In this document: positions 28,663-42,475 of the stretch, piece after piece
Position numbering within the stretch: the stretch's first letter is position 1
How the letters are laid out: each line of letters begins with the position of its first letter
Source: Gemmatimonadales bacterium
GTDB lineage: Bacteria > Gemmatimonadota > Gemmatimonadetes > Gemmatimonadales > GWC2-71-9
Assembly: GCA_041615815.1 (NCBI GenBank)
Contig: JBFJCP010000001.1
Coordinates: forward strand, 128,001 to 192,000
Reading direction: 5' to 3'
Length of the DNA: 64,000 bases
Translations under genes and position numbers: made by a program
Notes under the pieces: generated by a model
Seen by the model: the letters and a program-made list of their open reading frames with translations, nothing else
What the model was told of the DNA's origin: nothing
The model's database searches: none

Positions 28663-30437
28663 CGGGTTGCAGGCGAACGCTCTCGTTCGTCGCGCCGTTT
28701 CTCGTCGCCGTCCTCGTCTCCCGCGCTGCGAGCGCGCAGGATACGACGCTCGCGCAGGATACGCTCCTCCTCGATACCGTCCCGCCACGTCCCACGGCCG
28801 TCGCCATCAAAGCGCCCGAGACACCTGATGGACCACTGCCACCCGGCAGTCGCTACGTCTTCACTCGAGATTCCTTGGTTTGGTCCGGCGCTTGGACGCT
28901 CAGCGATCTCATGGGCGACATTCCCGGGGTGTACATCGCCCGGGCGGGCTTTCTCGGACTTCCGGAGTACGTCGCGTATGCGGGTCGTGGGGCGGACGCC
29001 GTCGAACTCTACTGGGACGGTCTCCGCATGGAGCCAGTCGGCACCGACACGCTCTTCGCGGATTTGACGCGGATCCCGCTCGCGCTCCTCCGTCGCGTCG
29101 AAATCGAAGTCTTGCCAACGAGTCTCCGCGTCTATCTGGTCAGCGAACGCCACGAGCGGCTGGCCCCCCGATCGGTGATCGGCGTGGGAAGCGGCAGGTT
29201 CTCGACAGCCGCCTTCACCGGCATGTTCCAACACCGCTGGGCCAGTGGTTTCGAGATCACCACTGCCGCGGATTTCTTGAGCACCAACGGCGTAGGCAAC
29301 CCCAACCGGAGCGACCAAGGCTTCGACATCTTCGCCAAGTTCGGCTGGATCCCCCGACCCAATCTGGGCGCCGAATACCAGATCCGGCGCCAGGATCACG
29401 ACCGGGACCCGCTCACCACCGACGCCGGGGTGCTCGGCGTGCCGGAACGCCGCGGCTCCCGCACCGATGTGCTGTTCACGATGTTCGCCGGCACCCGTGC
29501 GGACGGTCTGGGACTCCGCGTGGAAGGCGGTTTGGGCATCAGTGCATGGGATCCCGATTCCGGATCGGTCGTGTCGGATCAGCGGGTCCGCCGCGCGTAT
29601 CTCGAGACCGGTCACCGGGGCGCGACGTGGAACGTCTCGGTGCGTGGCACCGTGGGAGACGCCCGCACTCTGGGAAGCGTGGAGGGACGCGTGGGGTGGG
29701 TCCCACTTTCCGGTATCGTGCTCTCCGGCGACGGCCGTTGGGCGCGGCACGATGGCGATCGCACCTCCAGCCGGTTCCACGGCGCGGCCGGGATCTACTA
29801 CGGCCCGTTGTCCCTCGTCGGCGAGGTCAGTATCGCGGAGGCCGTCCAGGCGCCCGCACTGCTCGCGGATCCGGTGCAACGGACCGTGGATCGAGCGGTC
29901 AAACTGGCACTGAACACTCCCCGACTCGCCGGGCATGTGCGGGTGGTGCAGCGCGACGCCTACGCTCCGCTCGCCTTCCCGGATCTCCCGGCTGCGACGT
30001 TCGATCCCGCAGTCGAGACCACCGTGCTCACTGCGGCGCTGGAGCTCCGACCATTCACCCCCCTCACCATCAGTGGATGGTACGCCGACGCCGTCGACGG
30101 CGCGCTCGCCGACTTTGAACCGCCGCAGCATTGGCGCGGTGCCGTCACCTTCCGATCGAAGTTCTGGCCCACGTTCCGCAGCGGCACGTTCGATCTCAAG
30201 CTCGAGATAGCCCTGGAATCGTGGGGAGCGGGCATCGCCGGTCGGGATGCAAATGGAATCTCGATGGTGCTCCCAGCGGCAACCCTCCAACAACTCCTCC
30301 TCGAGTTTCAGCTGGGAGGCTTCACCGGCTTTTGGCAGATGCGCAATGCAGGGAATCAGACGACGCAGTACGTGCCGGGTTTCCCGTACCCGCTTTCGGC
30401 GCAGACCTTCGGCGTCAAGTGGGTCTTTGCCAACTAG
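28659..30437 (+). CDS. outer-membrane beta-barrel protein with TonB-dependent receptor plug-like N-terminus
   Basis: Signal peptide, LSDL..IPGV, YWDG and RVEI plug-like motifs, amphipathic strands, C-terminal FGVKWVF. GTG overlaps the pepA stop. Confidence 0.7.
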   Translation: MTGCRRTLSFVAPFLVAVLVSRAASAQDTTLAQDTLLLDTVPPRPTAVAIKAPETPDGPLPPGSRYVFTRDSLVWSGAWTLSDLMGDIPGVYIARAGFLGLPEYVAYAGRGADAVELYWDGLRMEPVGTDTLFADLTRIPLALLRRVEIEVLPTSLRVYLVSERHERLAPRSVIGVGSGRFSTAAFTGMFQHRWASGFEITTAADFLSTNGVGNPNRSDQGFDIFAKFGWIPRPNLGAEYQIRRQDHDRDPLTTDAGVLGVPERRGSRTDVLFTMFAGTRADGLGLRVEGGLGISAWDPDSGSVVSDQRVRRAYLETGHRGATWNVSVRGTVGDARTLGSVEGRVGWVPLSGIVLSGDGRWARHDGDRTSSRFHGAAGIYYGPLSLVGEVSIAEAVQAPALLADPVQRTVDRAVKLALNTPRLAGHVRVVQRDAYAPLAFPDLPAATFDPAVETTVLTAALELRPFTPLTISGWYADAVDGALADFEPPQHWRGAVTFRSKFWPTFRSGTFDLKLEIALESWGAGIAGRDANGISMVLPAATLQQLLLEFQLGGFTGFWQMRNAGNQTTQYVPGFPYPLSAQTFGVKWVFAN

Positions 30438-30444
30438 GCACGTT

Positions 30445-30473
30445 TTGACGGCTCTTCCGGGTCCCGCTAGCTT
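30445..30473 (+). promoter_or_regulatory. sigma70-type promoter upstream of yicC
   Basis: TTGACG-N17-TAGCTT followed by an AAGGAG RBS. Confidence 0.55.
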
Positions 30474-30500
30474 TGGCGGCCAGCGGGACGAAAGGAGCGA

Positions 30501-31382
30501 GTGACGGTGCCCAGGTCCATGACCGGCTACGGAGCAGTCGAGGGTCCGCTGGCCGGCGGCCACCTCGCCATTGAGATCCGCACCGTCAACCATCGGCACT
30601 TCAGCGCGCAGATCCGCGTGCCCCCCGCGCTGCAGTTTCTCGAACCGGAGCTGCGCAACCGTCTGCGACGACGGATCGAGCGAGGTCAGGTCTCGCTCAC
30701 CGCTCGCTGGACCGACGAGCCACCGGACGCCGCGCGGGTGCGCGTGAACATTCACCGCGCGCGGGCCATCGTACGCGCGCTGGAAGACCTGCAGGCCACG
30801 CTCGACCTTCCCGGTCAGATCGATCTCACGTTCGTCGCCCGCCAGCCCGACGTACTGACCACCGGCGAGCCGGCCGCAGTGGAAGTCGGCGAGGAGGACC
30901 TCAGCCGCCTGCTGGATCACGCCATCGACGAGCTCACCGATATGCGCGAGGGTGAGGGCAGGGCACTCGCGAACGAGTTGGAGCGACTCCTTACCGAGAT
31001 GGAGACTCACCTCGATCGTGTGACGGGACGGGCACCCGAGCGCCTTGGAGCGGAGCGGGAACGCCTGCGCCGGTCGGTGCGCGATCTCTTGGACGGAGCA
31101 TCGCCCAACGAGGAACGCCTGGCGCAGGAGATCGCCCTCCTCGCGGACAAGCTGGATATCACCGAGGAGCTCGTTCGGTTGCGAACACATATGCGCGCGT
31201 TTCGCACGATGCTGGAGGAGAACGGCGCCGTGGGTCGTCGGCTGGCGTTTCTCGGGCAAGAAATGCTTCGCGAGACGAACACGATCGGCTCCAAGGCCAA
31301 CGACGCCGAGATCACACAATCGGTCGTGGCGATCAAGGGGGAACTCGAAAAGCTTCGCGAGCAGGTGGAGAATCTCGAGTAA
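30501..31382 (+). CDS. yicC: YicC/YloC family endoribonuclease
   Basis: SMTGYG, EIRTVNHR, DITEELVRL, RETNTIGSK and REQVENLE; sits before gmk. Confidence 0.93.
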   Translation: MTVPRSMTGYGAVEGPLAGGHLAIEIRTVNHRHFSAQIRVPPALQFLEPELRNRLRRRIERGQVSLTARWTDEPPDAARVRVNIHRARAIVRALEDLQATLDLPGQIDLTFVARQPDVLTTGEPAAVEVGEEDLSRLLDHAIDELTDMREGEGRALANELERLLTEMETHLDRVTGRAPERLGAERERLRRSVRDLLDGASPNEERLAQEIALLADKLDITEELVRLRTHMRAFRTMLEENGAVGRRLAFLGQEMLRETNTIGSKANDAEITQSVVAIKGELEKLREQVENLE

Positions 31383-32023
31383 TGGCTTTCCTCGTCGTGC
31401 TCTCCGCTCCGTCCGGTGGGGGGAAAACCACCATCGCTCGGGCGCTCATCGCGCAGCGCACGGATGTGGGGTACAGCGTGTCGGCCACGACTCGCCCACT
31501 TCGGTCCGGCGAAACGGAGGGTGTCGACTATCACTACTTGTCGGGCACCGAGTTTCACCGGCGGGTCGAAGCGGGAGCGTTTCTCGAGTGGGCGCGGTAC
31601 GGAGGTCACCTCTACGGCACCCTGGAGAACGAGGTCAACCGGATTCTCGCCACCGGACGGCACGTGCTGCTGGATATCGAGGTCCAAGGTGCCAACCAAG
31701 TGCGGCAGCGCCGGGGCGACGTTGTGAGTATCTTTATCCTCCCTCCGACGGCTGACGTCCTGCTCCAGCGCCTTCGGGCCCGCAAACGGGAGGACGACGC
31801 GCAAATTCGGGAACGCCTGCTGCAGGCGATCGCCGAACTGAGCGAGGCTGGGAGCTACGATTTCGTGGTCGTCAACGACGAACTAGACGCAGCGGTGGCG
31901 GAGGTAGGGACCATCATCGACGCGGAAGCGAAACGGATTATGCGCGCGGCGGGGCTCGCCGAGCGCATTGCCACGTTACAACAGGGTCTACGGCGGGCCG
32001 CGGACGCTCTCGCGGTCACATAA
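31382..32023 (+). CDS. gmk: guanylate kinase
   Basis: SAPSGGGKTT, SVSATTR, GVDYHY and YGT. Confidence 0.96.
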   Translation: MAFLVVLSAPSGGGKTTIARALIAQRTDVGYSVSATTRPLRSGETEGVDYHYLSGTEFHRRVEAGAFLEWARYGGHLYGTLENEVNRILATGRHVLLDIEVQGANQVRQRRGDVVSIFILPPTADVLLQRLRARKREDDAQIRERLLQAIAELSEAGSYDFVVVNDELDAAVAEVGTIIDAEAKRIMRAAGLAERIATLQQGLRRAADALAVT

Positions 32024-32032
32024 GGAGTCTCG

Positions 32033-32245
32033 ATGCAGATCATCACCCCCACAGAAGTGGCGGACCAGGCTGGCAACAAGTACCTCGGGGTCCTGGTGGC
32101 GGCCAAGTTCGCCCGATATGTAAACGAGTTCCCCACAGATCCCATGTCCGGGACGGGCAAGAAGCTGACGACCCAGGCACTGGAGGAATTGGCATCCGCC
32201 AACCTCACCTATCGTCTCGTCCGCCGGCGGCGCCAGGAGACGTGA
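32033..32245 (+). CDS. rpoZ: RNA polymerase omega subunit
   Basis: NKYLGVLVAAK.AR and K....ALEE; conserved gmk-rpoZ-coaBC order. Confidence 0.85.
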   Translation: MQIITPTEVADQAGNKYLGVLVAAKFARYVNEFPTDPMSGTGKKLTTQALEELASANLTYRLVRRRRQET

Positions 32246-33435
32246 GCCTCTCCGGCCGGCGCGTGGTGCTCGGCGTGTCGGGCGGGATTGCGAGCTACAA
32301 AGCATGCACGGTCGCCCGACGCTTGACGGAAGCGGGCGCAGCCGTCGATGTCGTGTTGACCGCCGGCGGCGCGCAGTTCGTCGGGCCGGTGACCTTCGAG
32401 GCCCTAACCGGACGCCCGGTCCTCACCTCTCTGTGGGAGCGGGACCGGGCGCTCGCGCATGTGCACCTCGGCCACGATACCGATCTCATCGTGGTGGCGC
32501 CAGCCACGGCCCACCTCCTGGCGCGAGCGGCACTCGGCCTCGCCGACGACATCCTCACGGCCATACTGCTCGCCGCCCGCGTCCCCATCCTGATCGCCCC
32601 CGCGATGAACGACCACATGTTCGCCCACCCGGCCACGCAACAGAACCTCGAGATCCTGCGCCGGCGGGGATGGACAGTCGTGGGACCGGTCGTGGGCCCC
32701 CTGGCCGAGGGCCCGAGTGACCAGCGCGGCCGCATGGTCGAACCGGAAGTCCTGTTCGCGTTTGTCGAGCGCGCCCTTCGCGCGTCGACCAGCCGGCTGC
32801 GGGACCGCTGCGTCGTCATTACCGCGGGACCCACGCGGGAGCCGCTGGACGCGGTCCGCGTCATCACGAACCCGTCGAGTGGCAAAATGGGGTATGCGCT
32901 GGCCGAAGAGGCGTTTGCCCGCGGCGCTCGGGTGCTCCTCATCAGTGGGCCCACGATGCTGTCGCCACCGCCCGGAGTGGAGATCCGCCGGGTGCGTTCC
33001 ACTGACGACCTGCAGCAGGCCGTGGAAGACGCCTTGCCTGGTGCCGACGTCTTGGTGATGGCGGCGGCGCCGGCCGACTTTCGCTCCGCAGCACCGGAGC
33101 CGCACAAGCGCCCGCGACGCGAGGGGCAGATCACGCTCACGTTGACTCCCACCGCGGACGTTCTCGAGACCACGGTGGACGCGCGCCCACCGCACTGCGT
33201 GGTTGTCGGATTCGCCCTCGAGCTGGCGGACGGGACCCAGCGTGCGCGGGAAAAACTGCGCCTGAAGCAGCTGGATCTCATTGTCCTCAACTACGTCAAT
33301 GAAGCGGACGCGGGCTTTGAGGTCGACACCAACCGCGTCACCCTGATCACCCCAGACGGCGAGACAGTGCTCGACCTGATGCCCAAACGCGCCGTTGCCC
33401 AACACATCCTGGACGCCGTGGAAGCTCGAGTGTGA
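32242..33435 (+). CDS. coaBC: phosphopantothenoylcysteine decarboxylase/ligase
   Basis: GVSGGIASYK, APAMN, TAGPTRE..D.VR, SSGKMG and VGFALE. Confidence 0.95.
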   Translation: MSLSGRRVVLGVSGGIASYKACTVARRLTEAGAAVDVVLTAGGAQFVGPVTFEALTGRPVLTSLWERDRALAHVHLGHDTDLIVVAPATAHLLARAALGLADDILTAILLAARVPILIAPAMNDHMFAHPATQQNLEILRRRGWTVVGPVVGPLAEGPSDQRGRMVEPEVLFAFVERALRASTSRLRDRCVVITAGPTREPLDAVRVITNPSSGKMGYALAEEAFARGARVLLISGPTMLSPPPGVEIRRVRSTDDLQQAVEDALPGADVLVMAAAPADFRSAAPEPHKRPRREGQITLTLTPTADVLETTVDARPPHCVVVGFALELADGTQRAREKLRLKQLDLIVLNYVNEADAGFEVDTNRVTLITPDGETVLDLMPKRAVAQHILDAVEARV

Positions 33436-34256
33436 CGGATCCCAAGCCGCTCTTCGTGCGCTACCTACGCCAGCGGGCCGATGCGGGTGAGGGACCGTTG
33501 ATCACGGGCCGTCCATTCGAACCTCCCGCGCCTGACATCTCTGCACGACCCAAGGGGGCCCCGCGGGAATCGCTGCCGTCGACGCCCGGCGGTGTGGGCG
33601 CCAAAGCGGCCGCCAAGTGGCAGAAGGGCGCGCCACCCATTCCCCCGGCCGGTATCGTGGTGGCGCCTCCAACGCGCGATCTGTTTACGGGCGATCCCCT
33701 GACGGGCATGTCCCTGGACGAGATCGCGACCACGGTGCGCGATTGCACTCGCTGCCGGCTGTGCGAGCATCGCACACATGCCGTGCCCGGCGAGGGACCT
33801 GCGGGTGCGCGGGTGGTCGTGGTGGGGGAGGGTCCCGGCGCCAGGGAAGACGAGACCGGGCGGCCGTTTGTGGGCAGGGCAGGTGAGCTCCTCACCGACA
33901 TTCTCCGCGCGATCGGCTTACCGCGCGAGACCGTATTCATTTGCAACGTCGTGAAGTGCCGTCCTCCCAGCAATCGCAAGCCGCAGCACGAGGAAATCGA
34001 CGCTTGCGTCCCGTTCCTGCACCGCCAGCTTGAAATCATCAACCCAACGGTGATACTTGCGATGGGGGGAACGGCAGCCGAAACGCTGCTGGGTACCAAA
34101 CAATCTCTCGGTTCCCTACGGAACCGGGTTCACGAGTTTCGTGGGATTCCGCTCATTGTGACGTATCATCCCGCTGCCTTGCTGCGGAACCCCAACTGGA
34201 AGAAGCCGACCTGGGATGACGTTCGTATCGCACGCCAGCTCCTTGACCAGCACTGA
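33432..34256 (+). CDS. family 4 uracil-DNA glycosylase (Fe-S)
   Basis: CTRCRLC, GEGPG, GRPFVG, NVVKCRPP.NR and YHPAALLR. Confidence 0.93.
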   Translation: MTDPKPLFVRYLRQRADAGEGPLITGRPFEPPAPDISARPKGAPRESLPSTPGGVGAKAAAKWQKGAPPIPPAGIVVAPPTRDLFTGDPLTGMSLDEIATTVRDCTRCRLCEHRTHAVPGEGPAGARVVVVGEGPGAREDETGRPFVGRAGELLTDILRAIGLPRETVFICNVVKCRPPSNRKPQHEEIDACVPFLHRQLEIINPTVILAMGGTAAETLLGTKQSLGSLRNRVHEFRGIPLIVTYHPAALLRNPNWKKPTWDDVRIARQLLDQH

Positions 34257-35619
34257 GGCGGCCGCCAGCCGCCAGGCACCGTGGAGTCCGGAGGCCGAGC
34301 AGGCCGTGCTTGGCGCCATGTTGCTGGACCAGGACGCCGCCCTCAAAGCCGTCGAGCTCCTCGACGACCTGGCGTTTTACCGAGATGCGCACCGCCGCAT
34401 GTTTCGCGCGATGGCGCAGCTGCTGGATCGTGGGGATGTGGTGGATCCCCTGGTGCTGCGCGACGAGTTGGCGCGCAGGGGCGACCTCGAGGCGGCCGGC
34501 GGCATGGATTACGTTGCCGAACTGCTCGACGTGGTTCCCACGGCCGCCAACATCGAGTATCACGCTCGGATCGTCCGGGACAAATCCCTCCTGAGGCGGC
34601 TCATCGAGGCTGGGACGGACATCGTGCAGGCCGCATACGAAGGGCGCACGGATGTCGACGCGCTCATCGATACCGCCGAGCAACGGGTGTTCGAAGTCTC
34701 GTTCCAGCGGGGCACCCAGGAAGTCGTCCGCATCAAGGAACTGATGTGGAAGACCATGGAGCGCATCGAAGCGCGCCACCGAGGCGATGATTCGGTTCGA
34801 GGAGTACGAACCGGGTATGTAGACTTGGACGAAATGACGAATGGATTCCAGAGAAACGACTTGATCATCGTCGCCGCGCGGCCGTCAATGGGCAAGACCG
34901 CCTTCTGCCTCAACATGGCGGCCAACGCGGCCCTGGAAGCCAAGACGCCTGTCGCCATTTTCTCCTTGGAGATGTCGCGCGATCAGTTGGTGGAGCGACT
35001 TCTGGCGGCGGAGAGCTTTGTCGACTTGTCCCGGCTCCGCAGTGGGCGCCTGCGCGACGACGATTATCCCAAGATGTCTCGGGCCGCGGGGCTCCTGGGG
35101 ACCGCCCCGATCTGGATCGATGATACGCCGGCGCTCACGTTGCTGGAGCTCCGCTCGAAGGCTCGACGCATGAAAGCCGAGCACGATATCGGCCTCTTGG
35201 TGATCGATTATCTCCAGCTGCTGCGGGGACCCCGCACCGAGAGTCGGCAAGAAGAGATCAGCTTCATCTCCCGCTCGCTCAAAGCGCTGGCACGGGAAAT
35301 CGAGACACCGGTCATCGCCCTGTCTCAGTTGTCCCGCGCCCCCGAACAGCGCGGCGGGGACCGCCGTCCACTCCTGTCGGATCTCAGGGACTCGGGCGCC
35401 ATCGAGCAGGACGCCGATCTCGTGATGTTCATCTATCGCGCCGAGATGTACCCCAGCTTGTTGGAAACCAGCGACGCTGCGAGAGAAGGCATCGCCGAAC
35501 TGATTCTCTCCAAACACCGAAACGGGCCCACCGGCACGATCAAGCTTGCTTTCCACAAGCAGTACACCCGATTCGACAACTACAGCGAACGGGAGCCCAA
35601 TTCGCCGAATGGGGGCTGA
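34216..35619 (+). CDS. dnaB: replicative DNA helicase
   Basis: EAEQAVLG, AARPSMGKT, FSLEM, IDYLQL, LSQLSR and DLRDSGAIEQDAD; no intein. Confidence 0.97.
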   Translation: MTFVSHASSLTSTEAAASRQAPWSPEAEQAVLGAMLLDQDAALKAVELLDDLAFYRDAHRRMFRAMAQLLDRGDVVDPLVLRDELARRGDLEAAGGMDYVAELLDVVPTAANIEYHARIVRDKSLLRRLIEAGTDIVQAAYEGRTDVDALIDTAEQRVFEVSFQRGTQEVVRIKELMWKTMERIEARHRGDDSVRGVRTGYVDLDEMTNGFQRNDLIIVAARPSMGKTAFCLNMAANAALEAKTPVAIFSLEMSRDQLVERLLAAESFVDLSRLRSGRLRDDDYPKMSRAAGLLGTAPIWIDDTPALTLLELRSKARRMKAEHDIGLLVIDYLQLLRGPRTESRQEEISFISRSLKALAREIETPVIALSQLSRAPEQRGGDRRPLLSDLRDSGAIEQDADLVMFIYRAEMYPSLLETSDAAREGIAELILSKHRNGPTGTIKLAFHKQYTRFDNYSEREPNSPNGG

Positions 35620-36316
35620 TCGCGCCACCGACGGAGCGCCGGTGGGAGTCGTGATCGCGGCCGCCGGACGCAGCGAGCGGGCGGGACCCGGCGCGCCAAA
35701 GCAGTTTCGTCTCGTGGGCGGCGTGCCGATGCTGCTACGGTCCACACAGCCGTTTCTGGATCATCCTCGTGTCCACGACGTCATCATCACGTTGCCGCCG
35801 CACGTCGCGGCGGCTCCCCCACCGTGGCTGGAAGCACTCCGGCCCCGCGTGCGCCTGGTACCCGGCGGAGCCACACGAGCACTCTCGGTGAAGGCCGGAC
35901 TTGAGGCCCTCGAACCGACGTGCACCTTAGTGCTCGTGCACGATGCGGCGCGTCCGTTCGTGTCGCGCGAGACCATCGACGCCGTCATCGCCCTTGCAGC
36001 ACGTGGGGTGGGGGCCGTCCCAGCCGTGCGGGTGCGCGACACGCTCAAACGCGCGCAGAATGGAGCAATGCGCATCACGGAAACAGTGGATCGCACCGGG
36101 CTTTGGTGTGCGCATACACCGCAAGGCTTCCCCCGCGCGATGCTGGAAGCGGCCTATCGACGGGCCACGGGGTCGCTGGGACAAGGTGCCACGGACGAAG
36201 CCGCGCTGGTGGAGGCGGCAGGATACGACGTCGAGCTCGTGCCCGACCTCCCGAACAACATGAAGATCACGTCGCCCCAAGACTTCGTGCTCGCGCAGGC
36301 TATCGCCGCCACATGA
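35609..36316 (+). CDS. ispD: 2-C-methyl-D-erythritol 4-phosphate cytidylyltransferase
   Basis: AAGRSER..PKQF, LVHDAARP, TPQGF, TDEA and KIT..D. Confidence 0.92.
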   Translation: MGADRATDGAPVGVVIAAAGRSERAGPGAPKQFRLVGGVPMLLRSTQPFLDHPRVHDVIITLPPHVAAAPPPWLEALRPRVRLVPGGATRALSVKAGLEALEPTCTLVLVHDAARPFVSRETIDAVIALAARGVGAVPAVRVRDTLKRAQNGAMRITETVDRTGLWCAHTPQGFPRAMLEAAYRRATGSLGQGATDEAALVEAAGYDVELVPDLPNNMKITSPQDFVLAQAIAAT

Positions 36317-36966
36317 CGGTGCTCCCATTTCACGACGCCGCCGACGTGGCGGAGGCCGTGCCCACCGTGGCGGCGCATCTCGACGGCGGTGGGCTCCTCG
36401 CATATCCCACCGAGACCGTCTACGGGCTGGGCTCGCGACCCGTTACCGCCGATGTGGAAGCCTTGGGGCGGCTCAAGACGCGACCTCCGGGAAAACCGTT
36501 TCTCCTCCTGGTGGCGAGCCGACGCATGGCACTGGACTTCGGACTCGTCTTCACGCCCGCGGCCCGGGCACTGGCCGAGGAGTTCTGGCCGGGACCGTTG
36601 ACCCTCGTGCTGGCGGGCGGTGAAGGGCGGCTCCCCGACTCACTCCGGGGGCCCGAAGGCGGCATCGCGGTGCGGTGGACTTCGCATCCGGAGACAGCGA
36701 ACTTGATCGACGCGCTCGGCACACCCATCACCTCCACGTCCGCGAATCGCCCCGGGGGGCCAACGGCGCCAGGGGTGGCGGCGATCGTCGAGACGTTCAA
36801 GCCGGAAGTGGACCGCGGCGTGTTGCTCGTGCTGGACGGCGGCGTCCTGGGAAACGTTCCTCCCTCCACGCTCGTGGATTGCACTGGCTCGTCAGCCCGA
36901 CTCATTCGACTGGGCGCGATCCCAACCCGGGAGCTTCGTGCCCGCGTTGGGAGCTTCGCACCGTAA
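36313..36966 (+). CDS. tsaC: L-threonylcarbamoyladenylate synthase (YrdC/Sua5)
   Basis: YPTETVYGLG, K.R...KP, FWPGPLTLV and STSAN. Confidence 0.92.
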   Translation: MTVLPFHDAADVAEAVPTVAAHLDGGGLLAYPTETVYGLGSRPVTADVEALGRLKTRPPGKPFLLLVASRRMALDFGLVFTPAARALAEEFWPGPLTLVLAGGEGRLPDSLRGPEGGIAVRWTSHPETANLIDALGTPITSTSANRPGGPTAPGVAAIVETFKPEVDRGVLLVLDGGVLGNVPPSTLVDCTGSSARLIRLGAIPTRELRARVGSFAP

Positions 36967-37422
36967 TGCACGTCTTACTCGTCTGCACGGGTAACATTTG
37001 CCGCAGTCCCTTGGCAGAGGGACTGATGCGGCGCGAACTCGATTCGCGGGCGTTGGGAGTCATCACCGTGGCGTCCGCGGGTACCGGAGCCTGGGAAGGC
37101 GCACCGGCATCGGAAGGCGCGTACTTGGTGGCTCTCGAGCACGGCCTCGATCTTTCAGATCACCGAGCACAGCTCCTCACGAAGGACGTGGTGAAGGAAT
37201 CGCATCTTATCCTCACGATGGCCCGCCACCATCGGGTACGGGTCCAAGAGCTGGGTGGGGAGGGCCGCACCTTCGTGCTCGGCGAGTACGCCGGTCGCCG
37301 TGGCGAGCACGTTGAAGTCAGCGATCCGTTTGGCAGCGACCTCGAGGTCTATCGCAACACGTACCAGGAGTTGGAACAGCTGGTGCAGGCGGCCGTGGAC
37401 CGGCTGGCCAGTGAGCATCGCG

Positions 37423-37445
<23 letters not shown>
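36966..37445 (+). CDS. low-molecular-weight protein phosphatase (LMW-PTP/YwlE family)
   Basis: VCTGNICRSPLAE P-loop and DPFG. Confidence 0.9.
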
Positions 37446-41297
<3,852 letters not shown>

Positions 41298-41301
<4 letters not shown>

Positions 41302-42038
41302 AACGCATACTCGCAGCCAACTGGAAGATGCACTTAGGGCCGGGTGACGCCCGGGCTTTTCTCAAATCCTTCCTCAATCGATATCGTCCCTCGCCGGAGC
41401 AGGAAGTGTGGTTCTTCCCCTCGGCCGTGGCCCTCGAGGCCGTCGCGCAGCTCACGCGGGATCGCCGAGAGATCCGCGTCGGGGCCCAAAACGTCCATTG
41501 GGAGGCGAAGGGCGCATTCACCGGCGAGCTGAGCGTTGCCATGGCAGGCGACGCCGGTGCCCAGGCAGCGCTGGTCGGTCACTCGGAACGGCGGCACGTG
41601 TTCGGCGAGACCGACGAGGAGACCGGCCGAAAGGTCCGCGCCGTGTTGGACGGAGACCTGACACCGATGCTCTGTGTGGGCGAGACGATTGCCCAGCGCG
41701 ATGCCGGCGAGACCCTCCAGGTGGTCGATCGGCAACTCGACGTGCTGACCGGTCTCGACGCGGCCACGCTGGGCCAGATCGTCATCGCGTACGAACCGGT
41801 CTGGGCCATCGGTACCGGGCGGACCGCGACGCCAAACGACGCGGCGGAGGTGCATGCCCACATCCGACGCTGGATGGTCGGGCGGGGCGCCGCCCCACGC
41901 GCCATCCGCGTGCTCTATGGCGGCAGTGTCAAGCCCGGTAACGCCGCCGACCTACTGTCACAGCCGGACATCGATGGGGTCCTCGTGGGAGGGGCGTCCC
42001 TGGACCCCGAGTCCTGGAGTGCCATCGTCCACCGATGA
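41298..42038 (+). CDS. tpiA: triosephosphate isomerase
   Basis: NWKM, GHSERR, AYEPVWAIGTG and YGGSV. Confidence 0.97.
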
Positions 42039-42050
42039 TTGACCCAGCGA

Positions 42051-42080
42051 TTGACGCCGTCCGGGGGATCGGTGTATCTT
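42051..42080 (+). promoter_or_regulatory. sigma70-type promoter upstream of secG
   Basis: TTGACG-N18-TATCTT (same -10 as at groES), followed by an AGGAG RBS. Confidence 0.5.
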
Positions 42081-42101
42081 GCGGCCCGACAGGAGATTAG
42101 C

Positions 42102-42464
42102 ATGCTAGTTGGAATCTTGATTGCCATACTGTTGCTGGTCAGCATCCTCCTCATGGTCGTGGTTCTGCTGCAAGCGGGCACCGGTGGGGGACTCGCTGCT
42201 ATGGGAGGCGGTGCCTCCACGGACACGTTCTTTGGCGGCCGCCAGGCGGTGACGATCTTGACGAAGGCCTCCTGGTGGCTCGGTGGGATTTTCCTCTTTC
42301 TCGCGCTCGTCCTCGCCGGCCTGAGTGCCCGTGGATCGACCCCCACCTCAGTGTTGGATGCCGAGCCCGTCAGCGCACCCACGCCCGTGGCGCCACCCGC
42401 GCAACTGCCCTTGGACGTGGAACCCGCGCCCGCGGGCGAGGCCACACCTCCGCCTCAGCCGTAG
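42102..42464 (+). CDS. secG: preprotein translocase subunit SecG
   Basis: VLLQ..GGGL..GG...FG....L.K pattern, two TM helices, follows tpiA. Confidence 0.92.
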   Translation: MLVGILIAILLLVSILLMVVVLLQAGTGGGLAAMGGGASTDTFFGGRQAVTILTKASWWLGGIFLFLALVLAGLSARGSTPTSVLDAEPVSAPTPVAPPAQLPLDVEPAPAGEATPPPQP

Positions 42465-42475
42465 GGGGACGAGCC

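Noticed and set aside
28569..31319. 916-aa minus-strand ORF, and similar long ORFs at 4513-6117, 15113-17026, 47708-49153 and 57746-59011
   Set aside because: Antisense shadows of well-supported genes in high-GC DNA; no motifs.
34785..34870. Lower-GC patch with a small hairpin inside dnaB (similar patch in carA near 43360-43430); possible intein or insertion
   Set aside because: Both proteins are normal length and read through continuously; no intein motifs.
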